Shown: positions 54,101 to 63,597, numbered from the stretch's first letter. The stretch: 64,000 nucleotides of DNA from a virus (IMGVR_UViG_3300027763_000031:1-64000); one strand, 5' to 3'. A program made the numbers and translations. Notes: generated by a model from the sequence alone, not told the origin.

Positions 54101-55217
54101 TTACAAAGTACAGTAATCGTGTACATAGTGGGGCAATAATATAGTCTGAACATTACCAACAACAAGGTAATGAATCGGCGGATAAAGAGCCGCTGAGTTA
54201 ACAAATGCTACGCGCCATCGAGACTCGCAATGCGATGTCTAGGCTAAACACATTGGCCCTATGAGATTAGTCTCATTTAGAAAATTGGGTGAATTGCTGG
54301 GAAGCCTACGGCTTCAAACGAAAGTTTGATGCTATGGTAATCAGCAGCGAAGCCGTCAAGGGATTGACGGAACGTTCAACGACTAACAGCATACTACTAG
54401 AACAGTAATGAAGCTGACACGAGCGCCCGACGTTTTGTTTACAAAACGATGATATAGTCTGAACTGCATAGAAACATGCAGAAGCAAGGGATAAAGAGCC
54501 CTCGCGATAACATAATGAATGAACAGCTACGAGTACACCGTTGCTCAAGCTGTTTCAGTGACTGGCAGCTACAATCCATACGAGCCCTACAATGGGACTC
54601 CTGGCTCACAAACTGGTCTTGGTTTTACAACCTGGACTACCTTCAACACCGCTTATGGCACAGCCACTGGCCCTGCCGCATGGTCTGGTGCAACCTCTAA
54701 TCCCATTGAGGACATCCTGACCCTGAAGCGTGCTGTTGCCAACCAGATCGGCATTCGTCCGAACTCTGCTGTTCTTGGAACTTCAGTTTTCGACCTCTTG
54801 CTGACCAACGAAGCGATCCTTGATCGTATCAAGTACACCTCCGCCGATAGCATCGACACAGATGTCATCGCTCGCTACTTCGGTCTTGAGCGTGGCCTGC
54901 GCGTAGCTGAAGGGCGTTATTTGGCCAACGACGGCTCCTTGCAGCCTGTCTTCCCCGCCAATGGCATCCTCCTGTTCTACAGCCCCAACGGTCCTTCTGA
55001 TTCGATCATGCCTGCGGGTGGTGCTAATGCTGCGACTCCGGCCTTCAGTTATACTTATCAGTTGACAGGTACCCCAGCCGTCCGTCCCGAGTACTACATT
55101 CGCGAACGCCGTGTCGTGCGTGCTGAAATCACCATCGAACGTGTGGTTAACTTGGTTGGCCTCGGTGCATCTGGTCTTATCGGTTCTGGCGCTATGATCA
55201 CCAACATCTTGTCCTGA
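51180..55217 (+). CDS. major capsid protein, 351 aa, 12 exons: 51180-51188, 51463-51494, 51758-51809, 52087-52143, 52417-52426, 52687-52718, 52978-53058, 53339-53346, 53621-53642, 53914-53928, 54208-54245, 54518-55217
   Basis: joined exons = 1056 nt with no internal stop: MMNLQQTYAGVDPILTTLAQGFMLPSTNIANFIAPVVDTPTRAGRILRFGKEQFAINDFRRAYGTNIPYVQSRYDSEPYALEQEVVAWELPEEVIENAGEGPAQVDLRAIETRNAMSRLMNSYEY...; VDPILT.LAQG, FGKE.F, PIEDI...K..V....GIRPN are capsid-like; position after protease and decoration genes. Confidence 0.9.
51189..51462 (+). ncRNA. group I intron 1 (274 nt, phase 0)
   Basis: P gaattgctgggaa, Q aatcagcag, R gttcaacgacta, S gatatagtc; P1 GAAT/GTTC; ends in G. Confidence 0.9.
51495..51757 (+). 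ncRNA. group I intron 2 (263 nt, phase 2)
   Basis: PQRS core; P1 CCAT/GTGG; P3 ccggtg/cgccgg; ends in G. Confidence 0.9.
51810..52086 (+). ncRNA. group I intron 3 (277 nt, phase 0; apparent terminal A)
   Basis: PQRS core; P1 GAAT/GTTC; P10 ATGAG/TTCAT; atypical 3' domain. Confidence 0.8.
52144..52416 (+). ncRNA. group I intron 4 (273 nt, phase 0)
   Basis: PQRS core; P1 CGGT/GCCG; P10 TTCC/GGAA. Confidence 0.9.
52427..52686 (+). ncRNA. group I intron 5 (260 nt, phase 1)
   Basis: PQRS core; P1 AACAGT/GCTGTT; P10 ATAGC/GCTAT. Confidence 0.9.
52719..52977 (+). ncRNA. group I intron 6 (259 nt, phase 0)
   Basis: PQRS core; P1 TTACGGT/GCCGTAA; P10 GTTTGT/ACAAAC. Confidence 0.92.
53059..53338 (+). 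ncRNA. group I intron 7 (280 nt, phase 0)
   Basis: PQRS core; P1 GCCT/GGGC; P10 TCTTT/GAAGA. Confidence 0.9.
53347..53620 (+). ncRNA. group I intron 8 (274 nt, phase 2)
   Basis: PQRS core; P1 GAGGT/GCCTC; P10 TCGAT/ATCGA. Confidence 0.9.
53643..53913 (+). ncRNA. group I intron 9 (271 nt, phase 0)
   Basis: PQRS core; P1 GGAAGGT/GCCTTCC. Confidence 0.9.
53929..54207 (+). ncRNA. group I intron 10 (279 nt, phase 0)
   Basis: PQRS core; P1 AGTGGAT/GTCCACT with enlarged loop; P10 GCGTAG/CTACGC. Confidence 0.9.
54246..54517 (+). ncRNA. group I intron 11 (272 nt, phase 2)
   Basis: PQRS core; P1 GGCT/GGCC; P10 CATT/AATG. Confidence 0.9.
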
Positions 55218-55245
55218 TAAGGATAGGAAATAAAGAGGTGATCCC

Positions 55246-55689
55246 ATGGCAATTCTCAGACCTTTAACAAAGTCGCAATACGAGGTATCGTTCGTAGCTC
55301 CCAACGGGGTGTCTTTAATCGCTGTTTTTACAAAATTCAGTGGTATCAAAGATTCTTCAGAAAAGAGCGAATACGCCAATGGCACTGGAAACCGAAAGTA
55401 CCATGTCGTTGGCCCACGAACTGCAGATAATGTTACTCTTACTGCTCCGTATGATCCTACGATCTTCAAGCAACTAGAGAACTTCTGGTTAAACTACAAT
55501 TGTCAAGATGTTACCGTTACAGTAACCCCTAGGGACTGTACTGGTACAGGATCTGCTCCAGCCGGTGGCGCGTACACCTGCTACGGTTGTAAATTCCTAT
55601 CAATCACTACTGCCAACGTTGATCGCGACAGCGGAAACGTCCAGGAAATTGAAGTGGAACTGACCGTCAATATTTGGGACAGAACTTGA
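55246..55689 (+). CDS. tail tube protein
   Basis: FTKFSGI, GPRTADNVTLT, V.VTP, Y..YGC, DRDSGNVQEIEVELTV; GAGG SD. Confidence 0.75.
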   Translation: MAILRPLTKSQYEVSFVAPNGVSLIAVFTKFSGIKDSSEKSEYANGTGNRKYHVVGPRTADNVTLTAPYDPTIFKQLENFWLNYNCQDVTVTVTPRDCTGTGSAPAGGAYTCYGCKFLSITTANVDRDSGNVQEIEVELTVNIWDRT

Positions 55690-55707
55690 TTTTGTGGTTC
55701 AGTAATT

Positions 55708-55729
55708 GCCCCCGAAAGGGGGCTTTTTT
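55708..55729 (+). terminator. Rho-independent terminator
   Basis: gccccc-gaaa-gggggc + T6. Confidence 0.9.
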
Positions 55730-55771
55730 GTAGGCAGGGTAAAACATACATAACAGGATTACCAACGGATA

Positions 55772-56263
55772 ATGGCAAAGACAACTTACAGTTCCGCTGT
55801 CATTGTAACCAGTGCATGGTTGAACGGAGCAAAACAAATATTTTTCGATGGCCAAGATTTAGATTGGCACTATGACCCCCTCGGATTGAACTCTCTGGTT
55901 ACGGCTGGTCCGAATGGATTGGATAGTCGGTACATGACTTTAGGTACCAACCAGCCTACGCTATCTAGCTTAAATGAATTCATTTCTGGGGCCCCTATCA
56001 CCGGCAATAAAGTTACCCTAGGTAAATGGTGGTTTGGTTTCCCTACTTTGTTGGATGAAAATAATAATAATGTCAACCCTGAAAATATCAAAGAAAATGC
56101 CCCTAGAAGTTATACGACAAACAATAAATATAATTACGCTAATGGGACACCTACCCCGTCAGTAGCTCAAAAGTTCGGGTCATTGGATGATGCTGACTTA
56201 ATCACCAAGAAAATCTCAGCCGATTTGCTAAACAATTTAGTCATTGACAACGGCGAATACTGA
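55772..56263 (+). CDS. putative structural protein
   Basis: KTTYSSAVIVTSAWLN start, IDNGEY end; virion gene context. Confidence 0.6.
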   Translation: MAKTTYSSAVIVTSAWLNGAKQIFFDGQDLDWHYDPLGLNSLVTAGPNGLDSRYMTLGTNQPTLSSLNEFISGAPITGNKVTLGKWWFGFPTLLDENNNNVNPENIKENAPRSYTTNNKYNYANGTPTPSVAQKFGSLDDADLITKKISADLLNNLVIDNGEY

Positions 56264-56275
56264 TTAGAGGATTAA

Positions 56276-59200
56276 ATGCCAAGATATGCTCCCCTCCCCC
56301 CGGTTTCAATAGACCCAAGGAACGAGGCACAATTAGTTCAAGATGCAGCGCAAAAAGTATACGAGGCGTCTAACAAAACCCTCAATGACTTCAGTGCAGG
56401 GAATCCCCTTGCGGTTCTGTTAGAGGGGCAGGCTTTTTCTCAAGGTGAATTTTTATTTTGGGCGAATCAACTACCAAATAAGATCCTTATCGAATGGATA
56501 GGCCCATTTTTAGGCGCCCTAAGGAGACTAGGTACCCCTGCGACAGCTTTGGTTAGGTTGTCAATAGCACCAAGAAATTCAGACTTATCGGTACCATCCG
56601 GGTCTGTATTTACATCCAACCCCCAATTATCCGGCGGCCAAGGATTTGAATATGTAAGCTCATATAGTGTTACAATACCTGCCGGTAAGACCGAAGTTGA
56701 AATCCCTGTTTATTCTAAATTTGTAGGTAACATCTATAATGTCCCGGCTAATTCAATTACTGGCCCCCCGGACCTCGGGGAAGCTAGCACTGTAGTAACC
56801 AATCCTGAACCTGCGGTAGGAGGCAGTGATGTAGAAACATATGCTCAAGTCCAAGAAAGGTTTTTCTCCCTAATCAGACGCAGGAATCCCGTTAGCCAGG
56901 CAGACTGGGAGAACTTCTTCATAGATATGTTTGGTTTAGGGACTCTGACTTCTGTTCAACCTAATAGAAGTAGCAGATTTGGTTATAATTATTTGTCTGA
57001 CTTCACAAAGCCTAATGGACAAGTTTCTTTCTTTGTGCTTGGACCCAATGGTATAGAATTAACCGATGACCAAATAAGAAGGGGTCAAAATGTAATTAAC
57101 TTCTCGATCCCCATTGAAAATCAAGCCCACCTGTACCCTATTACTCTAAGTCAAACTCAATATAACATAACTCTTGAAGTTGATGCCAATGGTATCTATG
57201 GCTCTAATTATCAGCCTGTAACTTTGAATTTTAGGGATAGGCTCTCCACAGTATTGACCCCTGGAAATGTTTTTCCAACTGATACGAACCCGACCGTAAG
57301 TGATGTTGATGCCGCTTTTTATAATACTTTTGATTCTATCAGCAGGTTCAAAGACCCCCAAATTAACTACTCTGCAGCTTACAATACCCCTGTCCTTCTG
57401 AGTAAAGACGCTGCTATTTATACTAATGTATATGATTTTGAACCCGTAAATACTATTTTAAATAGTGATGATCTCATTGTAGTTAATAACCCTAACCTAT
57501 CATACTACCCAGTAGAAGTAGCATATAGCCCCTATTCAACGAACAAATTCGACCAAACTGTGTACGGTAATCTTGCTTTAAAGCAAATAAAGTTACTCAC
57601 TGCCGGTAGATACAGTTTGGGGGACATTGTGTTCTTCAATAATCAATTATTCGTAGTCCTTGAAAATATAGTAATTGGATCTTCAGCAGATATCCCCAGT
57701 GCTTTTGTAGCTGGAAAAATTTCTTCAGCAAAGACTTATTCTGCATGGGTCGTAAATAACTCTTACCAATATTCACTGGGGACAACAATAGACCCAGAAA
57801 TCGTTGAGTATGACTACTCAGACGGTGAGTTCCTACCTACCACTACTGTCGGAAGATTGGCTTGGCTGGTAGCTCAGAATTTTATCTTATTCCCTTCTAC
57901 TAATGACATTACCGGGGCCCAGACTGAAAATAAAATAGGACCAGCTTTAAATTCTAGCTTGCCAAATAATTATAATCAACTAGTTGAAGGTCAGTCCTAC
58001 TTAGCAGGAACTTGGGTTTACACACCACAGGTTGGGAGCGGTCCGGATGCTGTTTCTGACCCCCATTATAACTATGTGGACGTAACGAAAGGGGCCGTCA
58101 ATAAGTACGCCTATGTAATTGCACCTTTTACTTACGAACCCAATGGAGCACTAACCGTAGATTACTTTAGCGAATTAATAAAGCAAGGCATTATAAGAGA
58201 AGTGTCCGTACTAGATGGCAATGGCGGGCTACCCATTTACAAATACAAACCTAGATTCAAATGTGGGCAGTATTTAGAATACAGGGAAGTTTCAGGTGGG
58301 ACTCCTACCTATTGTATTGCCGCCAAGTACTTCACACCAAGCAGCACATCTATTCAGGACTTAATCAATGATGGCTCAGTGATCAACCTTGCACCTTCAT
58401 TCGAGCTAAGGTCACAATTAGATAATCTAATAGATAATAGCGTATCTGGCAGAATAAAGACGACCAACTTGGTAAACGGGGGGTCAGGTTACCGAAACGG
58501 TGCCTATACTAACCTACCTTTAATATATAGCAACCCAATCAATGGGGTTGGGGTCAACGGGTCTATTAACTTGGTAGTCTCAGGGAATACAATTATTTCC
58601 TACGAGTTATCAGATTTTGGAAGGGGGTTCTCAATTGGCGATGTCCTGACTATAGATAATAGTTACTTGGGCGGTACTGGTAGTGGTTTCCAAATCCAAA
58701 TAACCTCTCTTTACCCCCGGCTGACGGAAATAAATACATTTGTCAGGATGTTTACTTTCTACAGAGGGGACAGAACCTACTTTAGAAATGGTAATTCGGT
58801 AAAATCCTACACAGCTACATCTAGCGTAAGCCCCTTATTTGACTTTCCAATTTACTACAAAAATGGTATTTTCATAGACTCCTCAGAAGCTGGAACAAAT
58901 GAATTTGACCCCCGGGCATACGTCCCATATTTTAATCCAGATTATGTCAAATACGCAGAGGACACCCTTGTAGCAAAGGATGGCAGGAATATCTACAGGG
59001 TAATGAGAGCATTCACACCTCAAACAACGGTAACCAACTGGACAAACATGACAGTCACCAATACGGCCAGATTTGAAGAATTTGCCGATAACCTACTGAG
59101 GTACGTCTCTTTTTACAGGTGTGAAGAGGAAATTATCTCTCAATTTGGATTGGAGACATCCTCGATTAAATTAGGCGCAGCTCAAATAACATTAGTGCCA

Positions 59201-59356
59201 CGTAATACAGGAAGATTTACCAACTCCAACCAGGAAATCACTTATGTATGGGAGAACCCTAGTTCCAATACAGATGTTCCCCAACTCTCTTGGTATACTG
59301 GGACTACTTTCCCCTACCAACCGCCTGACTATAAAGAAGGGACCTTAAGTCTATGA
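56276..59356 (+). CDS. baseplate J-like protein with long C-terminal extension
   Basis: DPRNE, NDFSAGNP..VLLE, G..YNVPANSI, VTNPEPAVGGSDVET, RRRNPVSQADWE. Confidence 0.8.
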   Translation: MPRYAPLPPVSIDPRNEAQLVQDAAQKVYEASNKTLNDFSAGNPLAVLLEGQAFSQGEFLFWANQLPNKILIEWIGPFLGALRRLGTPATALVRLSIAPRNSDLSVPSGSVFTSNPQLSGGQGFEYVSSYSVTIPAGKTEVEIPVYSKFVGNIYNVPANSITGPPDLGEASTVVTNPEPAVGGSDVETYAQVQERFFSLIRRRNPVSQADWENFFIDMFGLGTLTSVQPNRSSRFGYNYLSDFTKPNGQVSFFVLGPNGIELTDDQIRRGQNVINFSIPIENQAHLYPITLSQTQYNITLEVDANGIYGSNYQPVTLNFRDRLSTVLTPGNVFPTDTNPTVSDVDAAFYNTFDSISRFKDPQINYSAAYNTPVLLSKDAAIYTNVYDFEPVNTILNSDDLIVVNNPNLSYYPVEVAYSPYSTNKFDQTVYGNLALKQIKLLTAGRYSLGDIVFFNNQLFVVLENIVIGSSADIPSAFVAGKISSAKTYSAWVVNNSYQYSLGTTIDPEIVEYDYSDGEFLPTTTVGRLAWLVAQNFILFPSTNDITGAQTENKIGPALNSSLPNNYNQLVEGQSYLAGTWVYTPQVGSGPDAVSDPHYNYVDVTKGAVNKYAYVIAPFTYEPNGALTVDYFSELIKQGIIREVSVLDGNGGLPIYKYKPRFKCGQYLEYREVSGGTPTYCIAAKYFTPSSTSIQDLINDGSVINLAPSFELRSQLDNLIDNSVSGRIKTTNLVNGGSGYRNGAYTNLPLIYSNPINGVGVNGSINLVVSGNTIISYELSDFGRGFSIGDVLTIDNSYLGGTGSGFQIQITSLYPRLTEINTFVRMFTFYRGDRTYFRNGNSVKSYTATSSVSPLFDFPIYYKNGIFIDSSEAGTNEFDPRAYVPYFNPDYVKYAEDTLVAKDGRNIYRVMRAFTPQTTVTNWTNMTVTNTARFEEFADNLLRYVSFYRCEEEIISQFGLETSSIKLGAAQITLVPRNTGRFTNSNQEITYVWENPSSNTDVPQLSWYTGTTFPYQPPDYKEGTLSL

Positions 59357-60648
59357 GCCAGATTATCACGCCTTTAAATGGGGGCAGGGGGGAAATTCAA
59401 ACATCTTCTAATCCTACATTTGGTACTATATTATCCGTCCAGTTTCAAGAGGCTAATAACCTGTTTGAGACACCCACTGAATGGGTACCAGGTGGTAGAC
59501 CTATTTATGGTAGGTTACCTGCTGCATCGGAACGATACTATATTGACTTTGGACTAGATAGAAAGTCTGCCTATGTGTATCTACCGCCTGGAGAAAGTCC
59601 GTTTGGCCCTAATTCCCTAGAAGTTGTTGCTTCAGGGGGTGATAAATTTTTAGTCATCAAGCCTGGAACCGTAGTTTGGGGGCACGGTAATCTTTCCATA
59701 GGTCCAGTCATTATAAATTTAGAATTGGTGGGGATGGCTGATTCCCAATATTTGATAGCTTATAGATTGACCTATGACGATTCCCCCTTCTATGCTTTGT
59801 ATTCTGTAGAGAATTATTCCTTATCTGGTCACGAAATGAATGTCGTCAGTGGCACAGATTTTGAGGTAGGGTGGAGGTTCGTACCTAAATATGCTTTTTG
59901 CGATGATACGACCTTAGAATGGAGAAATTACGATGGAGTATTTCCATATTATTATGGAGCGCCGTACCTATACTGGCAATTCCCCAGGGCGGCTTCTTTT
60001 TCTGAGATAACTTTCCGTTGTCCACCTAACACTGTAATTACAGGTAGCGCCACCCTATCTATAACCAACTGTTTTAACGAAGATCCTGATAACCCTGGAC
60101 AACCGGACCCTAATAGCCCATACTGTCCTGATCCAGATTGGATTTTTGTGGAAACAGTGGAAGTTAGTAGGGATAGTATAGGTCAATTCTTTACGTTTCA
60201 AATTGCAATACCTACTTTTAATACTGGTTGGAAGATCGAGTGGTCTGACCCCGAAATTTCCATACAATCTGTTTCTGTTTCAGGGACTATCTCCCTCCTG
60301 AGGAAACCATCTACGGGTAAATCAGAAGTGTCTCTTGTTGCTCACCCACTGGGTAGTCTGCCATCTACAGTAATTAATAGTGCGGGGGAAGAAGTTCCGG
60401 TCACCTACTGTAAACTTGCTCAAGTTGATATTTCCCCGAGTTATGAAGTAAAGAAAATTTTTGACATCAGAGAGTCTGTAAATGCAGATTACCAACCCAT
60501 TGCAGAATGGCTTACAAGGCCATGGGATGACAACTTGATTAACCTATACGAGCAAGTGGATAATTATTCGGCCCTTTGGATGACCCCTGATACTTGCATG
60601 AATCAAGAATACTTAGCACTATCTGATGATCTAATCATTGTAGAATAA
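59353..60648 (+). CDS. putative baseplate/tail structural protein
   Basis: coupled to baseplate J gene; beta-rich. Confidence 0.55.
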   Translation: MSQIITPLNGGRGEIQTSSNPTFGTILSVQFQEANNLFETPTEWVPGGRPIYGRLPAASERYYIDFGLDRKSAYVYLPPGESPFGPNSLEVVASGGDKFLVIKPGTVVWGHGNLSIGPVIINLELVGMADSQYLIAYRLTYDDSPFYALYSVENYSLSGHEMNVVSGTDFEVGWRFVPKYAFCDDTTLEWRNYDGVFPYYYGAPYLYWQFPRAASFSEITFRCPPNTVITGSATLSITNCFNEDPDNPGQPDPNSPYCPDPDWIFVETVEVSRDSIGQFFTFQIAIPTFNTGWKIEWSDPEISIQSVSVSGTISLLRKPSTGKSEVSLVAHPLGSLPSTVINSAGEEVPVTYCKLAQVDISPSYEVKKIFDIRESVNADYQPIAEWLTRPWDDNLINLYEQVDNYSALWMTPDTCMNQEYLALSDDLIIVE

Positions 60649-60649
60649 A

Positions 60650-63544
60650 ATGACCAAAATTTACCCAAATTTTAACATAGGTGACTACGAACTCTATGGG
60701 TATTCCAACCCATTCCTATCAGAAAGTCAAGCTGCATCTGTCCAACAAGTTGGAACCAGAGTTAGTAACCAATTAGATTGGTTGGCTCAGCTATTAGGTT
60801 GGAGCGGTGATGAATACTGGTTTAGTCTTGTTTCAAACATAGACCAAAAACGACAACTCTTGGGTGGTACTTTCGGTGTTTACAATAGCTCTGTATTCCC
60901 CGCCGTCAAAGAAATTAGGAACTGGGAAGGTTCCATTGTAGTTGAATCTGATAACAGAATTCAAATCGGTCAAATTTTGACATTGGGTGAGTATTCATAC
61001 GAAATAAAGGATGTCCAAAAAAATAGCCAATCCTCATCGTTGTTTATTAGCGAGTTTAATGATCAATTCATACTTGATTATTCTATTGGTAGTCAAATTA
61101 AAATTGATATAGAAAGTTCTCGACCAGCCCCATTCTACAGGCCGACTCCAGGCACCTCTGCTGATGCTTCATTTTTGGTTAGCCTAGTGGATGAGACTGG
61201 TTCCATAGTCCTCCACCCAGATTTCGATAACCAATACTCTTTACCGTATGTATTCAACATATTTTATGTGGGGTCCAGACTATACTTTGATAAACCCGTA
61301 CAGCTTATCTTTTCTGAAGAAGTTACCATAGATCCAACCTATAGTTTTGAAACAAAGTCATGGTTCCTAGACATCCCCCTAAATCTAAAATTAGAAGGTC
61401 TTGGAATTAATGCCCTATTAAAGTATGATGAGTACAGCTCTACTTTCCTGGTACTGCCTTGGTCATTCAATAGCGACTGGAATTGCAAATCCGTCTTAGA
61501 TAATTTTACAGGGGTCTGGGGAAATAAGGGCGGATTTTTACCATTTAATTTCGTATTTGATAGCCTTAGCTTACATGGTTTCGATGAAAGAAACTCTCTG
61601 TATTTGGCGCCAGTGGATAGAAAGATACCTTTTAATGACATTTTAAATTTCATTTACTACCAGAAGGCAACAGTAAGCCCTACTGCCCCGTCTCCAAAAC
61701 AAAATCAAATCTGGTGGAATAGCCAGACAGGATCATTTTCGGTTTACGACGGGGGTGGCTTCAACTGTGGCCCATGGGTGGAGATAGAGTATCCGGAGGA
61801 TGGTAATTTCCCCTTAATTCCTGATTTCTTATTCCCTGATTATAATAGTTTCTCTAGCTATACGGACCCAATTACAGTCGGGGCAGTCGTTAGGATCTTA
61901 GACGCCACTGGGCTATCAGAAGCTGATGGAGTTATAGGTATGTCTGGGGCCATATCTGGTACTTGCCAAATCGACCTGTTCAAACCATCTGATGAGGGGC
62001 ACTGGCAGCTGCAGTCTGTAGTATACCCTGATGAGGCAAACTTTTCCATAGACGCCCCCATTTTACCTGCAAGGGTAATTATCAAACTAGAAAATTCGGT
62101 ATCCCTTAGCCCATCCACTAGTAGCTATGTGATTGCCAATCTATTGGCAAACCTGGGGGGCCCTTACCCCCTGATATTATCAAGGTGGGACAATCAACCC
62201 AGGAGTCCATGGTATATTTCACCCCCGTCCAAATTAAAGTACATCGGAAATACCCGTCTCTTTGGCGATGAGCTACAAAATGGGGAATTATCTTGGGATT
62301 ACAGTAACCCCGACCCACAGGTAAGGGGGGCATCTATCTTCTATTATAATCGGTGGGAGTTAGTAGGCACCCAGTGGGAACTACAAGGAGACTGGGTAGA
62401 CATCAATAGTTTAACCCCTGCTGTCCCATCATCAGCTGTCAATTTTGATGCTGTTAAGGTATTTTGTAACGATGTACCACTGGAGCCATCCATTCCGTAT
62501 CAAACTGAAGACTTCCAAATAATTTTTACAGTTGACAGCCTAAATGGGACTTTTAATTTTTCCTACAATACAATGACTTTCGAGGGAAAAGTTAAACTCC
62601 CGACAGTAATAATAACGGATTCGCTGACTTACACATTTAGACACGACATCTCCAACTTGGTATTCAGTGGGTTACAAATCTACATGTCCCCCAACGTAAT
62701 GGACGCTTCTACTTCTTTGAGAATTTGGAAGACGAAGCCCCTGTATGTGGTTAATTCCGTACCAGAGTTGGATATGCGCGACAATGCCCTCGTGGCGGAT
62801 TTAAATTCAGGAGTAGGTGATGATAACTGGGAGAATTATTTCCTAAGGTTGCCGCCGGCCTACCAAAGGAACGGGCCGGAGTGGCAAAAAGTAAACCTGA
62901 TTTGCCAAGATTTTGGCTTATGGGGGTCTCCTCTATCTCCAGAAGACATGGAGTGTCCCCCTCAGCAGGAACAACCAAGGATTTACGACGATGTGTTTCT
63001 ATACGGTCTAGAACCATCGAGTCCCACTTATCTGTATTCTGAATCTTACTTATATTCCAATGTACGGTACGGCTTAGGTCTGGAAGAGGACTACCTAAAT
63101 GCCGCCATATTGCCGGGTGCGGATATTGACTTTGATGATTTCTCAGGGTCCAAAATAGTGGAATATGCCCCCCTCCACGACCGTAGAGCGACCACTGAAG
63201 CCACATTAGATAAAGTCTATGGGGATTGGGAAGGGGATTACTACAGAGCTGACGAATGCGGAAGACTATCTGGCCACTTGGCTAATGACTTGGAAGATTC
63301 AATTATCGAAAGAATAGACGCCCCACTCTGGGATTCCAGTATCTATAAGATTCCAACTACTTGCGTCATAAACGAAGAATCTTACAGAGTAGACGCCAAC
63401 CACTATAAGGTCGGCTATGCGTATTTTGCTGCTGATTTGTCGGCCGCTGATGAAACTTTCTTCGATCCATTTAATCCCACGTCTTGGAAAAAATGTACGC
63501 AAAGGACTTCCCTCTATTTGACCCCGTGCCCTGATTGCCCATAA
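60650..63544 (+). CDS. large putative tail/baseplate structural protein
   Basis: 964 aa; LDWLAQLLGWSG (wedge I-like) motif; aromatic and acidic. Confidence 0.55.
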   Translation: MTKIYPNFNIGDYELYGYSNPFLSESQAASVQQVGTRVSNQLDWLAQLLGWSGDEYWFSLVSNIDQKRQLLGGTFGVYNSSVFPAVKEIRNWEGSIVVESDNRIQIGQILTLGEYSYEIKDVQKNSQSSSLFISEFNDQFILDYSIGSQIKIDIESSRPAPFYRPTPGTSADASFLVSLVDETGSIVLHPDFDNQYSLPYVFNIFYVGSRLYFDKPVQLIFSEEVTIDPTYSFETKSWFLDIPLNLKLEGLGINALLKYDEYSSTFLVLPWSFNSDWNCKSVLDNFTGVWGNKGGFLPFNFVFDSLSLHGFDERNSLYLAPVDRKIPFNDILNFIYYQKATVSPTAPSPKQNQIWWNSQTGSFSVYDGGGFNCGPWVEIEYPEDGNFPLIPDFLFPDYNSFSSYTDPITVGAVVRILDATGLSEADGVIGMSGAISGTCQIDLFKPSDEGHWQLQSVVYPDEANFSIDAPILPARVIIKLENSVSLSPSTSSYVIANLLANLGGPYPLILSRWDNQPRSPWYISPPSKLKYIGNTRLFGDELQNGELSWDYSNPDPQVRGASIFYYNRWELVGTQWELQGDWVDINSLTPAVPSSAVNFDAVKVFCNDVPLEPSIPYQTEDFQIIFTVDSLNGTFNFSYNTMTFEGKVKLPTVIITDSLTYTFRHDISNLVFSGLQIYMSPNVMDASTSLRIWKTKPLYVVNSVPELDMRDNALVADLNSGVGDDNWENYFLRLPPAYQRNGPEWQKVNLICQDFGLWGSPLSPEDMECPPQQEQPRIYDDVFLYGLEPSSPTYLYSESYLYSNVRYGLGLEEDYLNAAILPGADIDFDDFSGSKIVEYAPLHDRRATTEATLDKVYGDWEGDYYRADECGRLSGHLANDLEDSIIERIDAPLWDSSIYKIPTTCVINEESYRVDANHYKVGYAYFAADLSAADETFFDPFNPTSWKKCTQRTSLYLTPCPDCP

Positions 63545-63597
63545 TTGATCTGTAACAATAAAGTCAGGGTAAAAATCTAACATACAAACAAATTATT

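Noticed and set aside
51189-54517. CRISPR array or non-coding tandem repeat
   Set aside because: Units are ~270 nt with group I core elements, and the unique 'spacers' join into a continuous capsid reading frame; no cas genes
52746-54700. Short ORFs in the track (52746-52955, 53228-53476, 53487-53726, 53828-54058, 54306-54548, 54476-54700)
   Set aside because: Chance read-throughs of intron sequence with no endonuclease motifs
54519-55217. Stand-alone 232-aa capsid ORF
   Set aside because: It is the last exon; its Met is residue 120 of the spliced protein
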